This document shows positions 41,697-54,048 of a stretch of 64,000 nt of DNA, in pieces (the stretch's first letter is position 1; each line of letters begins with the position of its first letter). Made by a program: the position numbers and the translations under genes. The stretch spans positions 32,001 to 96,000 of the forward strand of contig JAHHIK010000004.1 of the NCBI GenBank assembly GCA_019358935.1. Direction: 5' to 3'. A model generated the notes under the pieces. That model saw nothing but the letters and a program-made list of their open reading frames with translations, was not told where the DNA came from and searched no databases. The DNA is from Tolypothrix carrinoi HA7290-LM1 (GTDB lineage Bacteria; Cyanobacteriota; Cyanobacteriia; Cyanobacteriales; Nostocaceae).

Positions 41697-43811
41697 CTAC
41701 TGATTAGATTTATTTGCGGAAAAATCAACAACCAACGGCGAATTACCGTTGTGTGATTTTACCTCCAAAGGTGACTTGACATCACCCGGCTTTGCAGTTT
41801 GTTGATTCCATAAAATCATCGACAATAACCCATCCACCAAACCGTTAGTACTACCATTGCTACCGCCGACTAAAACATCTGGAATCAAACGGACATTGCT
41901 TGAGCCTATAATTTGCATTAACTGCATCGCCGTATATCCTTGAGTTCCCAAAGCTTCCACACCAGCGCTGTAAGTTTCCGCTTTCGCGTTACCCGTAGCG
42001 CGGATACCTTCAGCTTCACCAATCGCTTTCAGCTTAATAGCTTCCGCTTCACCCGTCGCTTGCTGAATTTGCGCGTTAGCTTGCAACTCGGCAATTGTTA
42101 CACCTTGTTCCGATTTCACCAACTCTTGCTGAATATCAGCGATTGCTGTTTCCCTTACCAGTTGCTGACGCTGAGTTTGTGCCATTTGCTGAACTTCGTA
42201 AGTTTTGCGTTGTTCCTCAGCAATTTTACGGTCTGTCAGCGTGTGCATTAGTTCTTCGGGTGGAGTAATCAAACCAATCAACGAATCCACCGCTTGCACA
42301 TCATAAGCACGCAATGCAGATTTTACATATTCAGAAGCTTCAACTTGGCGATCGCTTCGGGCAATCAAGAAATCCAAGATAGTATACTCTTGAGCGGAGT
42401 TGCGGAAATAGTTACCCACAATTGGACGCAAAACCTGATCGATAACGTTTTGCATCGAACCTAAGCGTGAAATCACTTTCGGTGCATCCGAAGCACCAAT
42501 GTGGATAATTTGAAATATCTCTAAATCAAAGCTAAAACCATCAAATGACAGCAGTTTCAGCGCCTTCAAATTTGTATCGTATCCGTGCTGACCGCTAATT
42601 CTATCAGTAAAGTTTAAGACGATATTTGTCGTCGGCACTAGCTCAACTTTCATCACCTTAGTATTGAGCGGATGTTTACCAGGATACAACGGCTCTACCC
42701 AAACACCTTTATGTCCTTGGTTTACCAAATTTCCGTGGGTGAAAGCTGTACCGCTGACATCTTCGTGTTCTTTGCCTACGAAAGAAATCACCACACCCAC
42801 ATAACCGATAGGAATTTCAGTCATCGGTACTTGTTCGACATTCACTAGCCAAGGGTTAAGGTTCCACGAACCCGATAATAACACCTGTTCTTGTAAACCC
42901 CGCTGTCCGCCAGCATCAATAAACTTCTGACCATTTTGGAAATTGTCATGTCCCTTAATGGTGCATCCTGCGATTTCACCTGCTGCGATCGCTGAACCAT
43001 CCAAAGTAGTAATAATACCAACCTTTTCTGCTGCTACTTGATGGATGTGCAACTGTTCCGGATTCATCCCGTGTTGGGTGGCATTATTGGCAGTAATAAC
43101 CTTAAATAAAGCCGTGTTGATGCGGTAAGTACCCGCTGTCATAAAAGCAATTTGCCGTCCTTTTTCGCCACCTTGAGTGAGGAATTTCCGCGCATCTTGG
43201 AAATTATCGCAATCGACGATTTTACCTAAAATGCGTTCTGGGGGGATGGATGCGCCATCTGCGGCGACGATTAGGGCGATTTCACCTTGGGGAACAACAA
43301 CTACCGATTCTTTTTTAACTGAGTATTGCCAAGCCGAATAGCCCCAGTGCCACCCTGGCGCAAGGGTATCAGCCTGCAAGCCGGCTTCATTGTTGAGGGC
43401 TATCAGCCGTCCTGCGGGGAGTTTGCGTCCCTTCAGGTCAAATTTTTTCACGACAATCCCAACTTCACGTTCGCCAATTACCACCAGTCCGCCAAAGAAC
43501 AGGGGGACAAATACGACTAAACCGCCGACAAGAACGATGGGAATCAGTCCCCACGGATTAAGCTGCATTGCCTGATATTTGCTGCTATCGATTTGAAGGT
43601 CAATAGGTTTGATTTGACTTACCTGGACTGATGCGGAGGTAGTTTCTTGTGTAGGAGAAATTTTTGTAGGAGCGGCGCTTGCTGCTTGAATTGTAGTAGC
43701 GATCGCTAAAGAAGCAAAGAGCGATGTTGCAAAACGAAATATTTTATTTGACTGACGGTTATCAAAGGAATTTTTACGGCTTTGCATAAAACTTGCCCCT
43801 CTGGGCAACAA
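41697..43811 (-). CDS. SPFH/band 7 (flotillin-like) protein
   Basis: TM helix, repeated L.PG beta motifs, SPFH core, AEA-rich coiled coil. Confidence 0.85.
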   Translation of the reverse strand: MLPRGASFMQSRKNSFDNRQSNKIFRFATSLFASLAIATTIQAASAAPTKISPTQETTSASVQVSQIKPIDLQIDSSKYQAMQLNPWGLIPIVLVGGLVVFVPLFFGGLVVIGEREVGIVVKKFDLKGRKLPAGRLIALNNEAGLQADTLAPGWHWGYSAWQYSVKKESVVVVPQGEIALIVAADGASIPPERILGKIVDCDNFQDARKFLTQGGEKGRQIAFMTAGTYRINTALFKVITANNATQHGMNPEQLHIHQVAAEKVGIITTLDGSAIAAGEIAGCTIKGHDNFQNGQKFIDAGGQRGLQEQVLLSGSWNLNPWLVNVEQVPMTEIPIGYVGVVISFVGKEHEDVSGTAFTHGNLVNQGHKGVWVEPLYPGKHPLNTKVMKVELVPTTNIVLNFTDRISGQHGYDTNLKALKLLSFDGFSFDLEIFQIIHIGASDAPKVISRLGSMQNVIDQVLRPIVGNYFRNSAQEYTILDFLIARSDRQVEASEYVKSALRAYDVQAVDSLIGLITPPEELMHTLTDRKIAEEQRKTYEVQQMAQTQRQQLVRETAIADIQQELVKSEQGVTIAELQANAQIQQATGEAEAIKLKAIGEAEGIRATGNAKAETYSAGVEALGTQGYTAMQLMQIIGSSNVRLIPDVLVGGSNGSTNGLVDGLLSMILWNQQTAKPGDVKSPLEVKSHNGNSPLVVDFSANKSNQ

Positions 43812-44033
43812 TTATCTAAACTATTACTTCACTAAGAGTTCCCCTGATTTCTTAAACTTGCTGTAATTTTATACAGAACTTTACTATATCCAGCTTTAGG
43901 TATTAATAACGAAAAACATTGATGCCAGGTTTGATAATACAATTGTTGTAAAAAAAGTAGTGGGCACTCTTCGTGCCTGAATTAAGCGCTCTCATCGCTT
44001 ACTACGAGTAATAAATCTCGCTTTATGATAATG

Positions 44034-44069
44034 AAAACTCCTCCTTTGAAAGTTGCTAGGAGGAGTTTT
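44034..44069 (-). terminator. Probable terminator after atpC
   Basis: AAAACTCCTCC...GGAGGAGTTTT inverted repeat. Confidence 0.6.
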
Positions 44070-44123
44070 GATTTATCGGGAAGAATATAATTCCCTAACT
44101 TAAGTTTGGGCAGAGGGAGGTGT

Positions 44124-44537
44124 TTATACCATACCGCCGGCAGCTTGAAAGCGTGCGCGAGCGCGTTTGTAAGCTTGTGTTGCTTGGATTTGTGCTTGCC
44201 GATCTTCTGCTTGGACTTGATTTAGGCGGGTTTCTGCTTGATTAAAAGCAGCACGGGCTTCTTCAAGGTTAATTGAGTCGCCTTTTTCCGCACCGTTAAC
44301 CAGAATTGTGATTTCGTTTTCTTCGACTTCGGCAAAACCACCCATGAGGGCGATCGCTGTCCAATTCTGATTTTTATTCGCACGCACGCGCATCACACCT
44401 GTATCCAAAGCGGTCAAGAGTGGCGCATGTCCTGTGAGAATACCTAGCTGACCAGTAGTACTGGGCAACACTACTTCTTCAGCTGCGGCATCCCACACTG
44501 TTTTATCTGGAGAAATTACACGAACAGTTAGGGTCAT
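44124..44537 (-). CDS. atpC: ATP synthase F1 epsilon subunit
   Basis: [28 protein letters not shown]. Confidence 0.97.
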   Translation of the reverse strand: MTLTVRVISPDKTVWDAAAEEVVLPSTTGQLGILTGHAPLLTALDTGVMRVRANKNQNWTAIALMGGFAEVEENEITILVNGAEKGDSINLEEARAAFNQAETRLNQVQAEDRQAQIQATQAYKRARARFQAAGGMV

Positions 44538-44540
44538 AAA

Positions 44541-44633
44541 TTGTTAGTTGTTAGTTGTTAGTTGTTAGTTGTTAGTTGTTAGTTGTTAGTTGCTATTACC
44601 ACTAACTACTAACCACTAACCACTAACTATTAA
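44541..44633. repeat. STRR (TTGTTAG)n with complementary ACTAACC/T heptamers between atpD and atpC
   Basis: Read directly from the sequence. Confidence 0.9.
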
Positions 44634-44637
44634 CTAA

Positions 44638-46107
<1,470 letters not shown>

Positions 46108-46761
46108 CTATATTTGGTGATAGGGTCGTCGGCGACTTAAGATTAACGTTTCATCTTCCAGGTTATCACCGAACGACTCCTATCTTCGCCATAAATTGAT
46201 TCTTAAGACTGATGTCGTCAAGTAGGCAGCAGGCTTTGATGCAAAAGGCTTTGGGGAAGACTAAATAGCAAAAAAGCGTTTTGATTAGGCATAGAGGATT
46301 AGCGATCGCTCGCTCTTCGTGGCTGATATTCGCACGCTTGCTTTGTATGCGCTCAACATAGCTGTGAGCAATTATCGTACATAAACGCGGAAAATAAAAA
46401 AGCTGCCGCCAAAGCGCGATCGCGCACTTTAGCAGCAGTTCTATACCATTTCACTCTGAATATCTAATACACGCGATGCCAATGACATTTCGCAAAACCT
46501 GATTAATCTAAATTAGGACTTACGCACTTCCTTCGTCTTACCAATTGATTTCACGTAGGGGCAATTCATGAATTGCCCCTACAAGACTTGAATTCGCGTG
46601 CGTTCATTCCGATAAATGTAATAAATTATTTAGAAAGATATACAAGTCAACTTTACTACATTGGGTAGCAACCTTTGATGAAAGCTGTGTGGATAGATGT
46701 CCAAATCTTCTGATTGTCTTTAAGATAAGGGTAAGCAACACATCGACACAGCATAAGATAT

Positions 46762-47583
46762 ATGAATTTCTCGTCAGCGCGACAACATTTTTACCAAGAG
46801 ATTCAACAACCTGACGAGAATATCGATTTGGCAAAGGCAGCGTTATACATTGCCCAAGAAGAATATCCCGACCTGGATGTTGATCGCTACCTCAACGCCC
46901 TCGATACAATGGCAGCGGAAGCTAAAAAACGCTTGCCAATCGGACGTTATCCTTTGCGGGTAATTCAAAGCATTAACCAGTATCTTTACGAGCATTTAGG
47001 ATTTGCAGGCAATAAAAAAGACTATTATGACCCCCGCAACAGCTTTTTTAATGATGTGATCGATCGCCGATTGGGAATTCCGATTAGTTTGGCGCTGGTT
47101 TACCTAGAAGTTGCCCGAAGAGTTAATTTCCCGATGGTGGGGGTGGGAATGCCGTTACATTTCTTAATCCGCCCAGATATTCCCGATATGGAGATTTTTG
47201 TTGATGCGTTTAATAACGGTGAAGTGATGTTCGCCGAAGATTGCCAAGAACGGCTTTCGCAAATATATCAACAAAGCGTGACGCTACAACCGGAATTTTT
47301 AGCAGCAGTGAATCATCGGCAATTTTTGGTGAGGATGCTGACGAATCTGAAATATATTTACCTGAAACAGCAGGATATAGAAAAGGCTTTAGCAGCAGTT
47401 GAGAGAATTTTGCTGTTGTTGCCTGATATGATTTTAGAATTGCGCGATCGCGGTCTTCTCTACTACCAATTAGGTCTTTACTCCCAAGCTACTCAAGACT
47501 TGCAAAGTTATTTAACAAGAGTTCCCGATGCTGAAGATGCGCCGGTGATTCGGCGATTGCTGACTGAGATGGCGAGAGGATGA
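46762..47583 (+). CDS. SirB1-family transglutaminase-like/TPR protein
   Basis: GFAGNKKDYYDPRNSF, GIPISL, PLHFL, RMLTNLK, ELRDRGL. Confidence 0.88.
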   Translation: MNFSSARQHFYQEIQQPDENIDLAKAALYIAQEEYPDLDVDRYLNALDTMAAEAKKRLPIGRYPLRVIQSINQYLYEHLGFAGNKKDYYDPRNSFFNDVIDRRLGIPISLALVYLEVARRVNFPMVGVGMPLHFLIRPDIPDMEIFVDAFNNGEVMFAEDCQERLSQIYQQSVTLQPEFLAAVNHRQFLVRMLTNLKYIYLKQQDIEKALAAVERILLLLPDMILELRDRGLLYYQLGLYSQATQDLQSYLTRVPDAEDAPVIRRLLTEMARG

Positions 47584-47673
47584 GGGGCGCTTGGACTGAC
47601 AATGGTAAACTTAAATTATGACAATTTGCCATCAGTTTGAGTCCAATAAACGGTGATGATGCACCCCTATTTA

Positions 47674-48816
47674 TTATTGGAACCTAGATAGTTTAAACAA
47701 ACTCGTATCATGCTCTGTTTTTCCTTCGAGAGCGAGATCCGCGAGTATTTTGCCCACTAGCGTCGAGAACTTGAAGCCATGCCCGGAAAAGCCTGCTGCA
47801 ATTACCACATGCGGATAGTCAGGGTGGGAGTCAATGATGAAATGTTTGTCTGGGGTCATCGTGTAGAGACAGCGGCGGGTAGATATTAACGGTCCATCAG
47901 CGCCAGGAATGTATCGACGTGCGAATTGGCGAATCTGTTCAATCCACTTTTGACTGGGAGTATAATCGACCTGACTGGGACTGCTGACGGTTTCATACCC
48001 GTAGAAGGGTGAGATTTTGATGCCTTTACCACTATCAGCAGCAATGCCGTAGGGCATCTCTCCATAGTCGTCCTGAATATGAAAGTAGAATACTGGGAAG
48101 CGATCGCTCACAAACTCTTCGTGTGGAGTTGCCTCAAAAAAAGCTAACTGAATAGGCATCACCGAAAGTGGTAGATTCAATTGCATCTGTGCTAAAAGTG
48201 CCGATGCCCAACTGCCCGCACTTAGCACTAATCTGTCTGCCGTGTAACTCTCCTTCACGGTTTGGACAGTAACTCCACTCTCCAGAGTGAGAATACTCGT
48301 CACTGGAGTTTGGTCAATGAGTGTTGCACCGAGTTTTTGCGCTAGACGAGTATGAGCCAGAACGCACCGAGAAGCCCGAAGATACCCAGAGTCTGGATGG
48401 TAGAGAGCGTGCATTTCTTCATCTGGGTAAAATTGGGGAAATCGCTTGCGAACCTCAACCCCAGTCAGATATTCGTAATCCAACTTTGCCTCATCCGCAC
48501 TCTTGTACATCGCTTGGAATGACGGCTGTTCTGGTTGGCTGATATCCAGTCCTCCTGTTTTAACGTAAAGCTTTTCTTTTGCCTCCTCTTCCAAGGCAAA
48601 CCACAGTGGATACGCCGATCGCATCAGGTTGATGTAAATTGGGTGGTTATTCATATAGCGGATCGCTCGTGATTCGCCATAAGAACTTCCTTTTTGGTGG
48701 TTCAACTCAAACTGTTCTAGCAGCAGCACTCGCTGTTTTTGTTTAGCTAGGTAGTACGCAGCTGCACTTCCCATAGCACCCGCACCTAGAACTATTGCAT
48801 CAAAGTTTTGTGTCAT
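47674..48816 (-). CDS. solA: N-methyl-L-tryptophan/monomeric sarcosine oxidase family flavoprotein
   Basis: GAGAMG, GSSYGESRAIR, CLYTMTPD (flavinylation Cys), GFSGHGFKF. Confidence 0.8.
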   Translation of the reverse strand: MTQNFDAIVLGAGAMGSAAAYYLAKQKQRVLLLEQFELNHQKGSSYGESRAIRYMNNHPIYINLMRSAYPLWFALEEEAKEKLYVKTGGLDISQPEQPSFQAMYKSADEAKLDYEYLTGVEVRKRFPQFYPDEEMHALYHPDSGYLRASRCVLAHTRLAQKLGATLIDQTPVTSILTLESGVTVQTVKESYTADRLVLSAGSWASALLAQMQLNLPLSVMPIQLAFFEATPHEEFVSDRFPVFYFHIQDDYGEMPYGIAADSGKGIKISPFYGYETVSSPSQVDYTPSQKWIEQIRQFARRYIPGADGPLISTRRCLYTMTPDKHFIIDSHPDYPHVVIAAGFSGHGFKFSTLVGKILADLALEGKTEHDTSLFKLSRFQ

Positions 48817-48850
48817 ATAGACATTTTATTTTTTAATTATGCAACATCGT

Positions 48851-49127
48851 CGGGCAATGGGCATTGGGCAATTGTTTAATGGGCAATTGTTTAATGGGCA
48901 ATGGGCACGCTCGCAATGGGCAATGGGAATAAAAAGAAGTTTCCGGATTTTTTGGACTATACCCCATGCCCCATGCCCGATGCCCCATGCCCGATGCCCC
49001 ATGCCCGATACCCGATGCCCGATGCCCCATGCCCGATGCCCCATGCCCGATGCCCCATGCCCGATGCCCCATGCCCGATGCCCGATGCCCGATGCCCCAT
49101 GCCCGATGCCCCATGCCCAATGCCCCA
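48851..49127. repeat. STRR: TGGGCA(A/T) units then ~23 x TGCCC(C/G)A
   Basis: Read directly; source of several spurious ORFs. Confidence 0.95.
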
Positions 49128-49130
49128 CTC

Positions 49131-49586
49131 TTACCCAAACCCTTGCTGTACTTCTTGCGCGACTCGTTTGAGTCGTTGCAGTTGTTCTTGCATGTCTTTT
49201 TTCGTCCAGGGTTCAGCGAAGGTTTTGAACCCCCAGCTAATTATCGGGTTGGGAATCTCAAATTCAAAGCGGTTAACTAAGCGTGTTCCTTTTTCGACTG
49301 GTTGACATTCCCAGCGATCGCGTCCAATGAAAAAACCGTCAAACTCCCACACTACCAAACCCGGTTGTCTTTCCACTACTGTGCTATTTAATGTCGGTTT
49401 TATTATCGGTATTTGAATCACAAACTTGCTTTTACTACCATTATCGCTACTCCAAGTTTCCCCCACAGGTTCGCAACGCAGCACCGGGTTAAGCCAACGG
49501 TGCATGAGAGTTAAATCAGTAATACATCTCTCAACCACCGTCGCTGTAGCATTAATTTGAATTGATTGTTCAAAAACAGAAGACAT
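49131..49586 (-). CDS. SRPBCC/polyketide cyclase-like protein
   Basis: FEQSIQINA...MHRWLNP...GRDRWECQP...NRFEF...QLQRLK pattern. Confidence 0.8.
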   Translation of the reverse strand: MSSVFEQSIQINATATVVERCITDLTLMHRWLNPVLRCEPVGETWSSDNGSKSKFVIQIPIIKPTLNSTVVERQPGLVVWEFDGFFIGRDRWECQPVEKGTRLVNRFEFEIPNPIISWGFKTFAEPWTKKDMQEQLQRLKRVAQEVQQGFG

Positions 49587-49932
49587 TTTACATCTTTCAA
49601 GCTATTGCTGCACTTACAATAACGCTATATTTAGCGCTGCCAACACACTAAATCAATACTAAAGCCAACTCTACTTTAGAAATAAAAATATATACAACGA
49701 CACCAAAATCAGTGATATTTTACTGTTTTGGCGCTAGTAATTTCTCAAACGAGTTGTCAACCAAGCAGATAAAAAAAATACTCTTGACATCAACTCTATA
49801 TATGATTTTACTGGTAGATTTATAGGCAAAACACTGGTAACTTAACTGGCATGTATATTTGTGCTATACAATACACGCCAGAAGAATCTGACGTGTTTTG
49901 GAAATAACAGTTTACCTTAATTTGGGAAAACC

Positions 49933-51573
49933 ATGAACACAACTTGGCAAGGAATAACCCAGGTAATGGAACTTGGTTTGTTGATGAGGGTGCAAGATTT
50001 TTTGGCACAGTCGCCAACTCTATCACCAGATCAATCAAATGCAGTCAATTATGTGCAAGGAAGTGTCCAGCAGGTAGTTCAATTTCTACCTAGGTTGCTG
50101 GGGGCAGCAGTAATTTTACTGCTTGGCTGGCTGATTGCGGCAGCAGCAGCGGCATTAGTACGCGGCATTCTCAATCGCACTAAGATAGATAACCGTATTG
50201 CCGCTGGTTTGACTGGTAGCGATACCGTCCAAGTGGAGAAATTTATCGCCGGCTTGGTCTTTTGGTCTATCCTGCTGTTAACGATAGTTGCTGTATTAGA
50301 TACTTTAGAGTTGAGAGTCGCTTCTCAACCGCTCAATTCTTTTCTCGAACAAATTGGTGAGTTCTTACCTAGGTTAGTAGCTGCGGGAGTCATCCTTTTA
50401 ATAGCTTGGTTAGTCGCTAGCCTCGTCAAGCTGATAACTATACGCGGACTCAGCGCTTTACGGCTAGATGAGCGTTTGAATCCTCCAGAAACACAAGATG
50501 CCGTCCCAAATCTCAATCAATTGTCTCTGAGTGAGACAATTGGCAACGCTTTATATTGGTTCATCTTTTTGCTGTTTCTCGTTCCAATTTTGGATACTTT
50601 GGGGTTACAGCAGGCTTTACAACCAGTACAAAGTCTGGTAACGCAGATTATATCAATTCTGCCGAATATTTTAGCGGCGGTGTTGATTGGTGTTGTCGGC
50701 TGGTTTGTGGCTAATATAGTGCGACGGATTACAAGCAACTTACTGTCGGCAACTGGAATCGATGATTTGGGGAGACGCTTTGGACTTTCGTCTACTGCCG
50801 GAGCGCAATCTTTATCGTCGATTATCGGTACGATTGTCTATGTGTTGATTTTGATTCCGGTTGCGATCGCTTCCCTGAATGCTTTGCGAATTGACGCGAT
50901 TTCCTTGCCGGCGATCGCCATGTTGCAACAGATTCTGAATGCCTTACCTGCGATCTTCACCGCGATCGCCATTTTGATTGTTGCTTATTTCGTCGGGCGA
51001 TTTGTGGGCGAACTTGTTACCAACATCCTCACAAGTATCGGCTTTAACAACATCTTCTCTGTCTTAGGTCTGCCAACTCCCGTCAGACGCACCACATATC
51101 CAGCAGACACAGAAGCACTTCCCCCAGCCCGAACTCCATCGGAAATTGCTGGTATCGTTGTTTTAGTTGGCATCATGCTATTTGCCACAGTCGCGGCAGT
51201 GAATATTTTGAATATTCCCGCGCTCACACTCCTGGTAAGTGGCATAGTCGTCATATTCGGGCGCATTTTGGCGGGATTGATTGTATTTGCCATCGGTTTG
51301 TTCTTAGCAAATCTGGCTTTTAGCATCATTGCCAGTTCGGGAAATGCCCAAGCACGGATTTTGGCTCAAGTAGCGCGGATTGCGATTATCGCTTTGGTTT
51401 CGGCAATGGCACTGCAACAGATTGGTGTTGCTAGTGATATTGTCAACTTAGCCTTTGGACTTTTACTCGGTGCGATCGCTGTTGCTACTGCCTTATCTTT
51501 CGGTCTCGGTGGTCGCGATATTGCCCGCGATCAAGTTCAACAATGGTTAAACTCTTTTAAAAGTAAAGGGTAA
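49933..51573 (+). CDS. Mechanosensitive-channel TM-helix repeat (CmpX-like) membrane protein
   Basis: Repeated LP.l.aA..I...gW.iA TM motif; C-terminal LSFGLGGR. Confidence 0.8.
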   Translation: MNTTWQGITQVMELGLLMRVQDFLAQSPTLSPDQSNAVNYVQGSVQQVVQFLPRLLGAAVILLLGWLIAAAAAALVRGILNRTKIDNRIAAGLTGSDTVQVEKFIAGLVFWSILLLTIVAVLDTLELRVASQPLNSFLEQIGEFLPRLVAAGVILLIAWLVASLVKLITIRGLSALRLDERLNPPETQDAVPNLNQLSLSETIGNALYWFIFLLFLVPILDTLGLQQALQPVQSLVTQIISILPNILAAVLIGVVGWFVANIVRRITSNLLSATGIDDLGRRFGLSSTAGAQSLSSIIGTIVYVLILIPVAIASLNALRIDAISLPAIAMLQQILNALPAIFTAIAILIVAYFVGRFVGELVTNILTSIGFNNIFSVLGLPTPVRRTTYPADTEALPPARTPSEIAGIVVLVGIMLFATVAAVNILNIPALTLLVSGIVVIFGRILAGLIVFAIGLFLANLAFSIIASSGNAQARILAQVARIAIIALVSAMALQQIGVASDIVNLAFGLLLGAIAVATALSFGLGGRDIARDQVQQWLNSFKSKG

Positions 51574-51704
51574 ATACTGGGGACTGGGGACTGGGGACTA
51601 GGAAAAAACTCTTGTCTAATCCCTAATCCCTAACCCATAAGTCTAATGACTTCGGGTATAGTACCCTAAATCTCGGAACTTCTGCATCAATTGTTGAACT
51701 TTAG

Positions 51705-51935
51705 AGCTTTGAACTTAGATGTTTGAGTTTAGAACTTGACATTTGGAGTTCAAAGCACGAACTTTCAAGTTCTGAACACGACCTTTCAAGTTCAGAACTC
51801 GACATTTGGAGTTCAGAACTCGACATTTGGAGTTCGGAACACGAAGTTCCGAGTTCAGAACACGACATTTGGAGTTCAGAACACGAAGTTTCAAGTTCGG
51901 AACACGAAGTTTCAAGTTCAGAACACGAACTTTGG
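51705..51935. repeat. 21-bp tandem repeat array, 11 units, consensus AGTTCAGAACACGA(C/A)NTTT(GG/CA)
   Basis: Exact 21-bp period, no unique spacers. Confidence 0.92.
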
Positions 51936-52152
51936 AGTTTTAAGAGCGATCGCTTTTCTTCTACCGCTAAAACAATTCTGTTTACTTCAAAAAAGAATAC
52001 AAAAATCCATAATTAACACTTGGTATTATTACTTAAACTAACTTAAGCGTATTGTCATATATCTTTTGACATAATTTATATAGAGAAAATCTTTGTTGAC
52101 TGCTTTCAAACAAGCAAAGTTCGTACTGCCGTTTGAGACAGGGGACACTACC

Positions 52153-53646
52153 ATGAATACAATTAGCAGACGTGAAGCCTTGATGTTTGTAGGTTTTGCG
52201 GGTTGTTCTATGCTGCTACCCGTAGTACTTCAGCATCGGGGATATGCTCAGAGAACCGATGAGAGAGTTGTGCCGTTTACACTTGCCTTTCGCACCCCAC
52301 CAGTGTTAAATCCTGTACGTAGCGATTCCACAACTGATTATTACCAGATAACAATACAGAAAGCTACTGTAGAAATATTACCAGGGCGAACCACAGAAAT
52401 CTGGGGATACAACGGTATATTTCCAGGTCCGACAATTAAACAACGTAAAAATCGCCAGTCAATTGTACGCTTTATCAACGATGTTAATACACCTACCGTG
52501 GTTCATCTGCATGGGATGGCATCGCTACCGCAGTACGATGGCTACGCAGAAGATTTAATTCCTCAAGGATACTACAAGGACTATATCTATCCCAACACCA
52601 ACGCTGCTACTATGTGGTATCATGACCACGCAGTTCATCAAACTTCACGAAACGTGTACATGGGGCTGGTGGGAATGTATATTGTTGAAGATGAAAATGA
52701 ACTTAATCTGCCACTTCCCAAAGATAATTATGATATTCCCTTAATCATTCATGATAAAAAATTCGCGGCTGATGGTTCGCTAATTTTTGATGACCAAGCC
52801 GAACACAGTTTGATGGGTGATGTGATTACAGTCAACGGTGTACCTTATCCCCGGATGGAGGTAGCAAAGCGCAAGTACCGCTTCCGAGTATTAAACGCAT
52901 CAATTTCCCGCTCTTACAAACTTGCTCTGAGTACGGGTGACGACTTAATAGTGATTGGTACTGATGCGGGGTTAAAGCCTGCACCAGTAAATACTAAAGA
53001 GATGCGTCTTGGGATGGCAGAGCGCTATGATTTGATAATCGATTTTTCTAAATATCCTCTAGGAACCCAAGTAGTATTGCAAAATTTGGGACTTCCTAAC
53101 AATGATAATACTGGGGATACCAATAAGATTATGCGCTTTGATGTGGTACGTGAAGAGAGCGATAACAGCTCTATTCCTAGCACGCTACGCAATATTGAAT
53201 TTTTTCCAGAATCATCAGCAGTGCGATCGCGTGACTTTACATTTGAGCAAAGTAATCGATTGTGGGTAATCAACGGCAATGTCTGGGACAAAAACCGAAT
53301 TGATGCTAATCCCCAATTAGAACAAATCGAGATTTGGAGACTGCATAACAACTCCGGTCTTTGGTTTCATCCGGTTCACCTTCACCTAATTGACGCTCAA
53401 ATTCTTGACCGTAACGGTCAGCCACCTTTTGCTTATGAACGTGGCTTAAAAGATGTCTTCTACGTTGGTGAAAACGAAACGGTAAGAATAATTGGCAAGT
53501 TTAGACCAAACATAGGCAAGTACATGTACCACTGCCATAACATGGTTCACGAAGACCACGACATGATGAGTCAGTTTGAAGTAGCGCAAAATGGGATAGA
53601 TCCGCTGTCAGCACCAGCAAAACCACTCCCAGCACCAACGTTGTAA
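52153..53646 (+). CDS. Tat-exported multicopper oxidase (CotA/bilirubin oxidase-like)
   Basis: SRREAL Tat motif; HLHG, WYHDH, HPVHLH, HCHNMVHEDHDMM copper ligands. Confidence 0.93.
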   Translation: MNTISRREALMFVGFAGCSMLLPVVLQHRGYAQRTDERVVPFTLAFRTPPVLNPVRSDSTTDYYQITIQKATVEILPGRTTEIWGYNGIFPGPTIKQRKNRQSIVRFINDVNTPTVVHLHGMASLPQYDGYAEDLIPQGYYKDYIYPNTNAATMWYHDHAVHQTSRNVYMGLVGMYIVEDENELNLPLPKDNYDIPLIIHDKKFAADGSLIFDDQAEHSLMGDVITVNGVPYPRMEVAKRKYRFRVLNASISRSYKLALSTGDDLIVIGTDAGLKPAPVNTKEMRLGMAERYDLIIDFSKYPLGTQVVLQNLGLPNNDNTGDTNKIMRFDVVREESDNSSIPSTLRNIEFFPESSAVRSRDFTFEQSNRLWVINGNVWDKNRIDANPQLEQIEIWRLHNNSGLWFHPVHLHLIDAQILDRNGQPPFAYERGLKDVFYVGENETVRIIGKFRPNIGKYMYHCHNMVHEDHDMMSQFEVAQNGIDPLSAPAKPLPAPTL

Positions 53647-53677
53647 TCAATTTAGCGGTTTGCACCTTCTGTCCAAT

Positions 53678-54048
53678 ACAGACCTAACCCCCCTTTGCCC
53701 CCCAACCCCACTTCGTGGGGACCCCTAGCCCCCCTTCCCTACGAGGGAAGGGGGAATCAAAGCCTCTCTCCGCTTCGGGGAGAGGTTTGGAGAGGGGTCT
53801 AATCAATAATTCATTTAACTTCTTCGTTTTATCTTCTGTTGCAATTCATCCTTAATGCGGTTGAGAACAGACCTAACCCCCCTACCCCCCTTCCCTCGTA
53901 GGGAAGGGGGGAATCAAAGCCTCTCTCCGCTTCGGGGAGAGGTTTGGAGAGGGGTCATGCATTAATTTCCACTCTATATCTAATCAATAATTCACCTAAC
54001 TTCTTCGTTTTATCTTCTGTTGCAACTCATCCTTAATGCGGTTGAGAA
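53678..54048. repeat. Two copies of a ~90-bp double-hairpin element flanking a 70-bp duplicate of the neighbouring gene's 3' end
   Basis: R1 53678-53799, D1 53798-53867, R2 53867-53956, D2 53979-54048. Confidence 0.85.

Noticed and set aside
48826..49305. Five overlapping ORFs with CPMPHAR/GHGA repeats resembling metal-binding peptides or RiPP precursors
   Set aside because: Artefacts of stop-free heptamer repeats
51705..51935. Possible CRISPR array
   Set aside because: Contiguous 21-bp units without unique spacers; no cas genes in the window
53678..53956. Mini-CRISPR with a self-targeting spacer
   Set aside because: Repeats of ~90 bp and a 70-bp spacer are far outside CRISPR dimensions; better explained as a local duplication
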